Positions 27,941 to 36,910 of a stretch of 64,000 nt of DNA are shown piece after piece. Each line of letters starts with the position of its first letter. Positions within the stretch are counted from its first letter, which is position 1. A program made the translations under genes and the position numbers. The DNA is from Acidobacteriota bacterium (GTDB taxonomy: Bacteria > Acidobacteriota > UBA4820). The stretch covers positions 64,832 through 128,831 of the forward strand of contig JAKQCT010000066.1 of NCBI GenBank assembly GCA_029559035.1, given 5' to 3'. The notes below the pieces were generated by a model, which ran no database searches, had not been told where the DNA came from, and saw nothing but the letters and a program-made list of their open reading frames with translations.

Positions 27941-28306
27941 TGCTACTGGATTATCTTTCACTGCTACAACTCTATTTGCCTTTGCTACCGCCCCATTTGA
28001 CACTGCTACAGCCCGATTTCCCACTGCTACCATCCTATTTGTCGTTGCTACGACCCGATTTGTCCTTGCTACCGGGACGACAGCCATTGCTACCACGGTA
28101 GCAACCGCAGACAGGCCGGTAGCAACCATAAAATGACCGGTAGCAATCGTTTTTATGCCGGTAGCAATCACAGAAAGAGCGGTAGCAGCCATTAACATGG
28201 CCGTAGCAGACACAATTATGGCGGTAGCAACAATAATGTTACAGGTAGCGGACATAATTGTGGCGGTAGCAGACACAAACATGCCGGTAGGAATCAAAAA
28301 GAGAGA
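27941..28306. repeat. Non-coding array of 18 exactly 21-bp-phased repeats: 8x TGCTAC(C)… converging on 10x GGTAGCA… (inverted), centre TTGCTACCACGGTAGCAA; iteron / centromere-like (parC-type) site
   Basis: TGCTAC at 27941, 27962, 27983, 28004, 28025, 28046, 28067, 28088. GGTAGCA (or 1-mismatch) at 28097, 28118, 28139, 28160, 28181, 28202, 28223, 28244, 28265, 28286. Each unit also has an AT-rich sub-core (cc.ATTTg). Confidence 0.85.
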
Positions 28307-28482
28307 CTTGTAACAGGCTAACAGGCATAAAGATGTCGTAGAATGGCCACCGAACAAGCAAATATCGGCAAGAATCAATGAACCCCCCACAACCAGTTAA
28401 TAAAATCTATAAATAGTGGTTATCTAAGGGGGAATTATAGAGAGCGCGACGGGAGATGTCAAGAGGGGGGGAGGCCTAAGAT

Positions 28483-29913
28483 TTAGGTTAAGCCCATATC
28501 GTTCTTAATCTCAATAATAACTTCTTCTGTTCTTTCTCTTAACAAAGAATATTTTGACATTTCCTTTGTAGTATCTAGAAAAGATTCGAGTTTTTCCAAA
28601 GCCACAGGTGCGTTGTTTATCTTATAATAATAAAGAAACCCCAGAATAAAAAGAGAAGCATAAAACGTTGGGTTTTGTTGAAAATAGCTCTCGTTAAACC
28701 TGGTGCATCTGTCGATTGCCACAACTTCATTCTTAAAAATGTTGTCCTTTATTCTCGTATAATAGGAATAAGCGGTCTCATAATTCTCTATATACATATT
28801 TAGGAAGGCTTGGTTGTAAAGCCAAGTGCCGTCGCCATCAGAGAGAATTCCCGCCGCTCGACAATAATCCAATGCTTTATAGGCATCTCCATCAATTAGA
28901 AAAGCATAGTAAGCCTTTGATACAACAATAGAGTAATTGTTCTTATCAATTTTCTCAGCTTTAGCAACAAATGCCTTTGCCGATTTAATATCAGCTTTAG
29001 CATAGGCATTAATGGCTTTTTGAATGAGTTCCTCTATCAGCATCGAGCGTGTTCTTTCGTAAATATACACTATATTTGGTGGTTGTGGCTTGAAGTTCGA
29101 TAGATCCGCAAGCAGAGTGTTGTGGATATTATATGCAGTATTTGGATCGCCAGATACTAAGGCTGCCCATCCAATCATATACTGAGATGCCAAAAAGATC
29201 ATTTCCGCAGTGACTTGAAAACCACTAACTTCAAATGCCTCGTCAAACACAACTTCCTTCGGCAAAATTGCGTTGAATTCTTTTGATGCCTCTTTTGTAA
29301 CTGAGAAGTCTTTTGGTACATGTCTCACCATTGCGTTAAAAGTCAAGTAATATTTCTCTTCCCCCTCCTTTCGTTTTATAACGGAACCCCATATATACAA
29401 ATGAAAATGAGTCTTATTAATGAGTTTGCTGTGCATCTTGATTTTCTTGCTTTTTTGAAAGTCTTTTATTCTTTTCGTTTCAAGAAGCTTCTTCATTTCA
29501 TGTTGATATTCCATGAATAATTCATTAGCCATTTGGGCCTTGCACTCTTCAAAACATACTATATTAAGGAGATCGTCCAGTTTTTTCTTTTTACTTACCG
29601 CGTTCATGTTTTTAATAAAATCGTTTTTGATTCTGATTTTTTGATCGTCGTCTTCCGCTGTTATAGAAACGGCAATACCAATTCTATTCTTCAGGTTTTT
29701 AGGGTAGTGTTCTTTCCATAAGTACCAAGTAACAAACCAGCCAAAAAAAAGGATTAGATAAATCACCCATCTCAGCCATACTTCATCCAGAATATCTTTT
29801 AGCAAGCCATCTGTTGGTAATATCACCACCAGATACAACATAATGCAGCCAACGAAAAAGCCAACAGGTTTATTCTTGTATGTGTGGAAATACTCTTTAG
29901 GTAACTCAATCAT
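28483..29913 (-). CDS. Membrane-anchored (2 TM) TPR/Sel1-like helical-repeat protein, last gene of the Type III-like R-M operon
   Basis: N-terminal TM helices (…VGFFVGCIMLYLVVILP…, …WVIYLILFFGWFVTWYLW…); C-terminal TPR-like Ala/Tyr-rich repeats; AT-rich. Confidence 0.55.
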   Translation of the reverse strand: MIELPKEYFHTYKNKPVGFFVGCIMLYLVVILPTDGLLKDILDEVWLRWVIYLILFFGWFVTWYLWKEHYPKNLKNRIGIAVSITAEDDDQKIRIKNDFIKNMNAVSKKKKLDDLLNIVCFEECKAQMANELFMEYQHEMKKLLETKRIKDFQKSKKIKMHSKLINKTHFHLYIWGSVIKRKEGEEKYYLTFNAMVRHVPKDFSVTKEASKEFNAILPKEVVFDEAFEVSGFQVTAEMIFLASQYMIGWAALVSGDPNTAYNIHNTLLADLSNFKPQPPNIVYIYERTRSMLIEELIQKAINAYAKADIKSAKAFVAKAEKIDKNNYSIVVSKAYYAFLIDGDAYKALDYCRAAGILSDGDGTWLYNQAFLNMYIENYETAYSYYTRIKDNIFKNEVVAIDRCTRFNESYFQQNPTFYASLFILGFLYYYKINNAPVALEKLESFLDTTKEMSKYSLLRERTEEVIIEIKNDMGLT

Positions 29914-29958
29914 TCTAGAACCCTTTTAAGATGGATATGATGGACATCAGTACTGCCC

Positions 29959-30309
29959 TCATCCAATCGTCATGATCATGTATTCCATGTTCCTCTGCTT
30001 GCACCATATTTCCGCTGCTTTTCGTTTTCTCTGGACATCGTCGGAATCTATCCGGCTCGGGTCTTTGACTTCAATTATTACTTTCTTCCCATCTTCATAT
30101 TCGACGAAAAAATCCGGCACATACTTTCTTTGATGCTTCTGCCCATCGATCCAGGGAATGGTAATGCCGTGCCTTTTCATCCATTTCTTCACGAAAGGGT
30201 CTTTTTCAAGGCGGTCCATCATTCTTCTCTCAAGATCGCTGTGGTAGTTCTCGAAGTTCCAGGGGCTCTTCTTCGGATTTGCGTATTCACCGCGAATGCT
30301 AATCGCCAT
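29959..30309 (-). CDS. Small PD-(D/E)xK nuclease-fold protein (116 aa), possibly the detached endonuclease module of the upstream Res helicase
   Basis: …YVPDFFVEYEDGKKVIIEVKD… = D…E-V-K core; overlaps the res stop by 11 nt. Confidence 0.5.
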   Translation of the reverse strand: MAISIRGEYANPKKSPWNFENYHSDLERRMMDRLEKDPFVKKWMKRHGITIPWIDGQKHQRKYVPDFFVEYEDGKKVIIEVKDPSRIDSDDVQRKRKAAEIWCKQRNMEYMIMTIG

Positions 30310-32317
30310 ATTCTATTATCCCCCCTATAAGGCCAGGAACCTCTCTCACGTTCCTAAGTACCTGGGTAAGCATTCTCCATGCATAATCAATTTCCTGGCG
30401 ATCTGCAAGCCCGATGGAGTTGCCGTTCATGAATCTTTTCCTGACATGGTGAAGCAGGGCGCTGTAAACCTTGTCTTTTGAAGATGCTGCATACCCTGCC
30501 TCCACAGTCAATGCTTCTGCCATTTCAAGCAACCTTGATTTTAGTGCTTCTCTCACATCATCGTCGCTGATTTCCACTATGGGGATTTGGCCTTCATATT
30601 CCCCGGGAGCGGCATGAACACTTTTCCAGCCTTCCCCACCAAGCTCCTGCCCTGTCACCCCGTTAATCTCAACTTTTGTTATTTCAACAACATTGGGATC
30701 ATACTGGATTGCGTTTAAAGCTTCCTTCCAGTTTTCAAGCGGTTTCGGTGGAGGAGGGACATCCCCGACATCGAATTCGCCCTCATCCTTATAATCAGGG
30801 TCTATCGGAGGAAGATCAATAACGTTGTCAGGTTCGGTCAGTTCCTGTTTCTTTGGCGGCGGCGGCAAATCCTCCGTCTCATCAAAGAGGTCATCGATCT
30901 TGACGCCGACCCTTTTCTTTGCGTTGAAAATATCCCACAGCCATTGATGCTCAAGCTTTGGGTGGTCAACTACCGCGCAAATCTGCGGCTCGGAAGCATC
31001 AACCCCCTTGGCTCGCACCCGTCTAAGACCGCGACCAACAACTTGTTGTCCGTAAACCTTGCTCCCGAATTTTCTAAGAAGCAGTATCACCCCAACCTCA
31101 GGCACGTCCCAACCTTCGCGAAGCATCAGAACACTTACAACCGCGCGATACGGCATTGCGGTCTTCTGCTGTCTTCCAAGCTCTCTTGCCTTCTGCCTGT
31201 CCTCTTCGTCGCTGTCCTCTGTAACCATGAGCGCTTTTACTTTAAAATAGTTATTCAAGGTCTGTGCGGCCTTTTCTGCGTCAGCTTTGCACACCGCCAC
31301 TACAAAAAGAATAGGCTGGTATCGTCCCTTCGCTCGGCCTTCCTGTTCTTCAAGACGCTTTAATGCTATTGCCATCTGTTGGCGCATGGGCTCATCGTCC
31401 GTAACCCACTGTGTCGCGTTCAAGCCCAGCCGGTCTACCTCGTCCCAATCAATTTCCTCAACCTTCCTCTTTTCTCCCGTCTTTGCATCTGTATATGTCA
31501 GCTGAACCGTCTTGATATCAGGCTGATAGACAACCGGTGTCTTGATGATCCCGTCTGACAGCGCGTCTCTTACGCCGTATTCATAGATCATCTCGCTGTC
31601 CGGCACTTTCCCGTCGGCTCTGTCGGGAGTGGCCGTAGTGTCGAGGCGCAGGATGACCTTTTCTCTCATCTTCTTGAGGGTTGCGTCATATTCAGTAGCG
31701 GGCGAGTTGTGGGCTTCATCATTGAATAGGACAAACTCTGGCCCGTTCATGAGCGCAGAAAGGTTACTCTGGCCGCTTTTATTGCTCTGATAGAACTGAT
31801 GAATATTTCCAAGAACAACATCCGCCGAGAAAAGGCTGGCCCATCCCTTCTCCCTGTCAGCCCCAAGAGTAGTAAGAATGAAATCCTTGGATGTGGAATG
31901 CCCCCATTCTGGCAACAGGTCGCGGTCTACGAACACCTTCCCATTCTGAAAATCGTCTTCCAGCCTGTCCCTTACAATGAGATTGGGGCACAGCATGACG
32001 AATTTTCTCGTATCGTAGGCTATCCTTTGCCAGGCAATTACCGCCGCGATAATTGCTGTTTTGCCGCCCCCTGTAACTATGTTCAAAAGAAGGCCGTCAA
32101 GTCCTATCACCGGTTTCTTTAGTATCTCATGCGAATAAATGACTCTGAGAAAAGATTCCCACTGATGAGGCCATAAAGTCCCTTCTCTCGGCAGTTGGTC
32201 GTCATCTTTCGAAGTAAGAAAACCGATATATTTGTACGATTCATCCTTCAGCCCCGGCATCCCGTCACGTCGCCAATCCCTGAAGGCATCCTCATGTCGA
32301 GAGAATTGATTAAACAT
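30299..32317 (-). CDS. res: Type III restriction enzyme Res-like SF2 helicase (DEAH), apparently lacking its own nuclease domain
   Basis: Walker A TGGGKT, motif II FNDEAHNS, helicase C-domain motifs; 672 aa, shorter than typical ~900-1000 aa Res. Confidence 0.8.
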   Translation of the reverse strand: MFNQFSRHEDAFRDWRRDGMPGLKDESYKYIGFLTSKDDDQLPREGTLWPHQWESFLRVIYSHEILKKPVIGLDGLLLNIVTGGGKTAIIAAVIAWQRIAYDTRKFVMLCPNLIVRDRLEDDFQNGKVFVDRDLLPEWGHSTSKDFILTTLGADREKGWASLFSADVVLGNIHQFYQSNKSGQSNLSALMNGPEFVLFNDEAHNSPATEYDATLKKMREKVILRLDTTATPDRADGKVPDSEMIYEYGVRDALSDGIIKTPVVYQPDIKTVQLTYTDAKTGEKRKVEEIDWDEVDRLGLNATQWVTDDEPMRQQMAIALKRLEEQEGRAKGRYQPILFVVAVCKADAEKAAQTLNNYFKVKALMVTEDSDEEDRQKARELGRQQKTAMPYRAVVSVLMLREGWDVPEVGVILLLRKFGSKVYGQQVVGRGLRRVRAKGVDASEPQICAVVDHPKLEHQWLWDIFNAKKRVGVKIDDLFDETEDLPPPPKKQELTEPDNVIDLPPIDPDYKDEGEFDVGDVPPPPKPLENWKEALNAIQYDPNVVEITKVEINGVTGQELGGEGWKSVHAAPGEYEGQIPIVEISDDDVREALKSRLLEMAEALTVEAGYAASSKDKVYSALLHHVRKRFMNGNSIGLADRQEIDYAWRMLTQVLRNVREVPGLIGGIIEYGD

Positions 32318-32318
32318 C

Positions 32319-34334
32319 CTATTTCACCTCAACTTCGCCGGTCCAAATGCCTTCACCGCCCATATCATCCTGGACTTTACAGGCGACCGTAATCTTTCCT
32401 TCTTCGGGGAATTCATACTGAACCGACGACATCGGTTCCTTCTTGTCTGTCTTGGCAAATGCGTAATTGGCAGAGCTAGAAAAGCGATCTTGGTAATCAA
32501 AATCCCACTGAACATTGATTATTTTTGCGCCGGGATTCATAACGATAGTTTCGCTGGCGTCGAATTTATAAACCTTGTGGCTGATTCTCCTCATCCCCAC
32601 TTCTACCTTTGGGGATTGGACGAAGGTAAGGAAATTTTCGTAATCGGCGTGATCGGTGGAGAGCTTGGTGATGTGCTGCCGGAACGGTGGTGAATCAATG
32701 CGCACCATATCGAGCCGGATAAAATTGAGGTCTGTCAACTCCAGTCGTCTTAGCCTCTCAGCAGCTTCAACAGCATCAGGCCTGAACGCCCAGGCAAGCA
32801 TCATTCCGTCCCTTAAGTTGTCCTGCTGATATCTGAGCCCTTTTCTTATAGCATTGGCGAAATCCTGAACATCCTTGGAGGTGACCGCTTTTTTCTGGTC
32901 GGGCGATCCTATCCAGATTGGGATTGCCCCCTTATACCCATGTATCCCTTTTTCATTGCTCTCTATAACAGCGCCGAAAGCTTTTAAAACAAACGCCTGG
33001 AATTCCTTTTCCGGCATCTTCTCCATACGGCGTGCTTCATATACGCCCCAGTGCTCGACAGTGAAGTCGGGAACGGGGAAAAGGTTGCCTATCTTTTCTT
33101 CAACGAGACGCGTCAACCGATCAGCAGTTATTGCCACAGCCACACGGGATTGATCGCAGGCAATCCAGTGACGGCCAAGACGCTGGGCAACTGCGGCTGT
33201 AGTACCGCCACCAGAAAAAACGTCAGCAACTACATCGCCTTCAATTGTGAATGCCTTAATTACCTTTTCAAGCAATTCTTCAGGCTTTTGCGTTGGATAT
33301 CCTATTCTTTCATTTGCTGACTGATTGATAATATCCATTACCCACCAGTCTTTAGGTTTAACACCAACTTTCTCATCAAGATAATCTACTCGACACAGCT
33401 CAGGAGCCTTTGTCAACCATTCAATACCCACATCAGTAGAATTTTGAATTGGGCTCTCTTTAAGATTTCTCCCGTGAAGCCGGAATCTTCTCCCGTCATT
33501 ATCAATATGCTTATATTTTTTAATCGTGACCTCTGAAAAGGTATCGGCTACATTTTTCCAATTGTAACGATAGTGGGGAAAACCACTCTTTGAATACCAT
33601 AATATAGTATCATGTTGTGGGACAAATCGAGAGGTGCTTTGGTAGTAAGTAGTGTTTTTGCACCAAATAATTTCGTTCTTAAACCCAGGTTCTTTGCCAT
33701 CCTTGTCTCCATGACCAAAGATTTTGTCCAACTCCACCTTCACGTAATGGACTGCATGCAAATCAAGATGCACAATAAGCGATCCAGACTTCTTCAACAA
33801 TCTCTTTATTTCATATAGCCTTGCATTAAGCCAGATGAGATATCCTGGCATTCCGCCTTCCCAAATATCCGAGAAGGAGCGCAGTTCATTCTTGTCACCA
33901 AATATCACATTGTAATTCCGCCCAGAGAAGAAAGGCGGGTCAATATAAACTAGGTCAATGCTCTCACTTGGGAGCTGCCTCATCACGTGCAAGTTATCTC
34001 CCCAAAATAGTCTATTGGGTTCGAGATCAGGATGTCCGAATTTGACCCTCTCGACTATCTGGAATGGCAGTGATATTGTCGGAAAGAGCTTCCTGAATCC
34101 TCTCCTTCTATCCCATCCCAGCGGCTCCTTTTCAACCGGAACGCTCCCGAATCTTGTTGGCGGCCGCCAGAAGTCTTCTTGCTCCGGTAACGCTTCAATA
34201 CGCTCTTCTTCCACAGGAACTTCAATCTTTTTGAACTCATCCTCTGAGGTGCCTATCTCGGCAATCAGCGTCTTCTTTCCTTCATCCTTTTTCTTTGTCA
34301 TTATTTTTCCCCATTTGTGCGTAAAGCTGCCCAA
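32319..34334 (-). CDS. mod: Type III-like Mod N6-adenine (or N4-cytosine) DNA methyltransferase
   Basis: Motif IV IDPPF before motif I FSGGGTT (beta-class order); abuts res (1-nt gap). Confidence 0.85.
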   Translation of the reverse strand: MGSFTHKWGKIMTKKKDEGKKTLIAEIGTSEDEFKKIEVPVEEERIEALPEQEDFWRPPTRFGSVPVEKEPLGWDRRRGFRKLFPTISLPFQIVERVKFGHPDLEPNRLFWGDNLHVMRQLPSESIDLVYIDPPFFSGRNYNVIFGDKNELRSFSDIWEGGMPGYLIWLNARLYEIKRLLKKSGSLIVHLDLHAVHYVKVELDKIFGHGDKDGKEPGFKNEIIWCKNTTYYQSTSRFVPQHDTILWYSKSGFPHYRYNWKNVADTFSEVTIKKYKHIDNDGRRFRLHGRNLKESPIQNSTDVGIEWLTKAPELCRVDYLDEKVGVKPKDWWVMDIINQSANERIGYPTQKPEELLEKVIKAFTIEGDVVADVFSGGGTTAAVAQRLGRHWIACDQSRVAVAITADRLTRLVEEKIGNLFPVPDFTVEHWGVYEARRMEKMPEKEFQAFVLKAFGAVIESNEKGIHGYKGAIPIWIGSPDQKKAVTSKDVQDFANAIRKGLRYQQDNLRDGMMLAWAFRPDAVEAAERLRRLELTDLNFIRLDMVRIDSPPFRQHITKLSTDHADYENFLTFVQSPKVEVGMRRISHKVYKFDASETIVMNPGAKIINVQWDFDYQDRFSSSANYAFAKTDKKEPMSSVQYEFPEEGKITVACKVQDDMGGEGIWTGEVEVK

Positions 34335-34341
34335 TAGATCT

Positions 34342-34899
34342 TCAGGTTAGTAATTTAGAGATTTCATCAATTCCCAATTTGAATTCTTTTGCAAGTGCCC
34401 ATATTAATGCTAATAGCTCGGCAACACTTTTTACACTGGAAAGTCCTTTCCTTAATTTTTCCATGAATCCTTTTTGAGGAGTTCCTTCCTTATGAGCATC
34501 TATGTTTTTATCAATGATAGTTCGAATTTCGAGAAGCATTTGTATAGACTGGTTTTGCGACTGGCTTTGAGAAATTACTGTTGACGGACCCCCGCTGAAT
34601 GGCTTTTCTTCGTGGGAAAAATATTTTGCATACAACCTATTAATTAATCCATTAAGTTTCCCTCGGTAATCCGCCAAAGAAATAAACTCAAATCCCCCAG
34701 AGGATGTTGGCACGATCTTAAAACGAGCCATACTATCTCCAGTAAGCTTTTCAAGCTCATCAATAATATGGTTTATATTTTCCCAGCAAGTTTGTGATTG
34801 AGGTGGAAATGAATCTCTTGGATGCACAGGCATGGGGGTCTGGCTAAGATAGCCTTGGAGTTCCTCATATAAAACTTTAATTTCATCTATTTCCGCCAT
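34342..34899 (-). CDS. Hypothetical 185-aa protein, first gene of the R-M operon
   Basis: 8-nt gap to mod; preceded by gggagTATAAT promoter element; no recognisable motifs. Confidence 0.5.
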   Translation of the reverse strand: MAEIDEIKVLYEELQGYLSQTPMPVHPRDSFPPQSQTCWENINHIIDELEKLTGDSMARFKIVPTSSGGFEFISLADYRGKLNGLINRLYAKYFSHEEKPFSGGPSTVISQSQSQNQSIQMLLEIRTIIDKNIDAHKEGTPQKGFMEKLRKGLSSVKSVAELLALIWALAKEFKLGIDEISKLLT

Positions 34900-34976
34900 G
34901 CTTCCCTCCCTTTGCCTCCAAGTCTCTATTATACTCCCCCCCCCGTGTCATTTCGCGCTACAGGTCTTTTCCCCCC

Positions 34977-35282
34977 TCAAAGTACCCTTCCTAGCAGTTC
35001 AACTCTGCTGTCTTCCCACAGGTTCGCGGGGCTTATGAATCCGCGTTTATCGTAGGGGAACTCTATCCCGGCTCTGAGGAAGCATTCATAGACCAGTTCG
35101 GAGCAGATGTATTCGTTGTCCCTTTTCTTTTTCCCCCTGCCTGCTATGATCCTTGCGACGATCAGTTTTAAAATCCTCTTCAAAGGCTCAGTCAATTGTT
35201 TTGTCTTTCTTTCTGCTCCTCGGGACTTTTTTCTCAACCTTTTTCTGAACGTCTTTGATGGCGTCGAGATACGCCTTCTCAA
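34977..35282 (-). pseudogene. Probable C-terminal remnant of a permuted-papain (YiiX/DUF830-like) protein
   Basis: …ICSELVYECFLRAGIEF…RGFISPANLWE… preceded by a Lys/Arg-rich non-homologous N-extension; overlaps the rhuM 3' end. Confidence 0.3.
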
Positions 35283-36231
35283 CCTCGCTTAGATTCTTCG
35301 CTTTGTATTTGCGGAATTCGAGTGCGGCTTTTTCCGCAGCCTTCTCATGGCTTATTGTACCGGCATCGCCTAACAGTTTCCTGCCTGTTGTTCGTAAAAT
35401 ATTGTCCAACTCCCGTATATAATCCGCCATCTTCATCGGTTTATGTTCCATGGCGTTGATCTCAGCCAGGTCAAAATAAGCGGAGACAAGATTGTTAAGG
35501 ACCTTGAGCTCGCTTAATTCCAAAAAGTTCTTGGCGACCATCGCTTCGGCTTGAGTAGGCTGCAAGCCTTTAAAATTTCTCAGCCCAGCAAAGGGCCTGT
35601 CCGAATCCACCCGCAGATAAATCACTTCCGCCGCGGTATGCCCGTGGGCGGCATAATGAAGTTTGTTCTGGACTATTTTAAAGAACTTCAAGGACTCCTC
35701 TGCCCGGGGATCGTAATCAATCGCGGTGGCATAGAGGTCCAGCACCTGGCGATACAGCACTTTTTCACTGCTGCGGATATCCCGGATCTCATCGAGAAGG
35801 TCTTTCCAGTAATTCCCGCCGCCCAATTTCTTCAAACGATCTGAATCGACAGTGAAGCCCTTGACAATATATTCACGTAGGCGGGTCGTCGCCCAGATGC
35901 GGAAACGCGTTGCTACCGAGGATTTTATCCGGTAACCAAGCGAGATAATCATGTCGAGATTGTAATGCTCAACCTCATATGCCTTGCCGTCTGCCGCAGT
36001 TGTTCGGAATTTCCGAACAACTGAATCCCGATCCAGCTCCTTTTCTTCAAAAATATGTTTTATATGTTCACTGACATTTGCTTTGCTTGTCTGAAAAAGG
36101 TCCACAAGCTGGGATTGGGCGAGCCAGGCAGTCTCCCCTTGAAATCTGACATCAACGCTCGTCCTTCCATCGTCGGACTGATATATGACAATTTGGGTGT
36201 CTTGGCTTCCTTCTTTCATGTCATTCTCCAT
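35188..36231 (-). CDS. rhuM: RhuM-family virulence/Fic-DOC-associated protein
   Basis: N-terminus …IVIYQSDDGRTSVDVRFQGETAWLAQSQLVDLFQ… is the canonical RhuM start. The true start may be the second ATG (36219), which has a GGAGA RBS. Confidence 0.75.
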   Translation of the reverse strand: MENDMKEGSQDTQIVIYQSDDGRTSVDVRFQGETAWLAQSQLVDLFQTSKANVSEHIKHIFEEKELDRDSVVRKFRTTAADGKAYEVEHYNLDMIISLGYRIKSSVATRFRIWATTRLREYIVKGFTVDSDRLKKLGGGNYWKDLLDEIRDIRSSEKVLYRQVLDLYATAIDYDPRAEESLKFFKIVQNKLHYAAHGHTAAEVIYLRVDSDRPFAGLRNFKGLQPTQAEAMVAKNFLELSELKVLNNLVSAYFDLAEINAMEHKPMKMADYIRELDNILRTTGRKLLGDAGTISHEKAAEKAALEFRKYKAKNLSEVEKAYLDAIKDVQKKVEKKVPRSRKKDKTID

Positions 36232-36445
36232 TTAATATTCGCAACTAACATTATACTCCCTACCTCTCCCTTCGGGCGGCGCTGAAGGCTGAACCCAGGC
36301 TGATGGCTGAAGGCTTAAGGCTGAAGTTCAAAAACGAGATTGCCGCAGAAGGGTTTACGCTTCGAGGCGCTCTTCGCAATGACGAACCAGGGAAACTCGA
36401 TAAGGAGGCGGTTTTCTCTCTTTTAGTCAAGATAACCTTCCTTTT

Positions 36446-36634
36446 CTAGGAAGACTTTTTCTCTGATGCCACCCCAATGGCAGCGCCCAGGGCCATTCCA
36501 CCGCCGCATCCAACGGCAAGCCAGACAGCCAAAGCCCCGCTCGTGACGCCAATCAAAACCCCAACCAGCGCTCCAGCGGCAAACCCGATCGCAACGCCCA
36601 TAGCTAAATTATTTTTGCTGTTATGATCATCCAC
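36446..36634 (-). CDS. Small glycine-zipper membrane protein (62 aa)
   Basis: GxxxG-rich …GVAIGFAAGALVGVLIGVTSGALAVWLAVGCGGGMALGAAIG…; gggagTATAAT element upstream. Confidence 0.4.
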   Translation of the reverse strand: MDDHNSKNNLAMGVAIGFAAGALVGVLIGVTSGALAVWLAVGCGGGMALGAAIGVASEKKSS

Positions 36635-36756
36635 GGCTTCTCTCCTTTCCCTGCAACTTCAGCCTTAAGCCTTCAGCCTTAAGCCCTTGCGAAGCAATAT
36701 TATACTCCCTCCCCCCTGTCATTTGGAGCAACAGGCCCTCGCTCCGCTTTCGCTAC

Positions 36757-36910
36757 GCTTCCCGAAGAGAGGAGCTATCCTATCCTCTCTTAGGCGCTCC
36801 GCTCGCATACTCGCTGCGCTGAACACTCCCCCGGCAGGGAATGTGCCCTTTCGCAAAATGAATTTGTCTCAGGGCACAACATTCTATGCCCAGTGGGCAG
36901 GCTAAAGGCG
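36757..36910 (+). repeat. Family A structured repeat, copy 2
   Basis: Near-identical to 15125-15255 and 39097-39250. Confidence 0.65.

Noticed and set aside
27941-28306. Possibility that the repeat array is a CRISPR array
   Set aside because: The unit is only 21 bp, with a 6-7-bp conserved head and semi-conserved AT-rich sub-core rather than repeat-spacer structure. The two halves are inverted relative to each other. No cas genes are nearby.
27917-28390. 157-aa minus-strand ORF (…VATAIIVSATAMLMAATALSVIATG…) and the 79-aa plus-strand ORF across the same region
   Set aside because: The heptad-periodic VATA peptide is simply the translation of the 21-bp DNA repeat array. There is no RBS, and the periodicity is at the DNA level.
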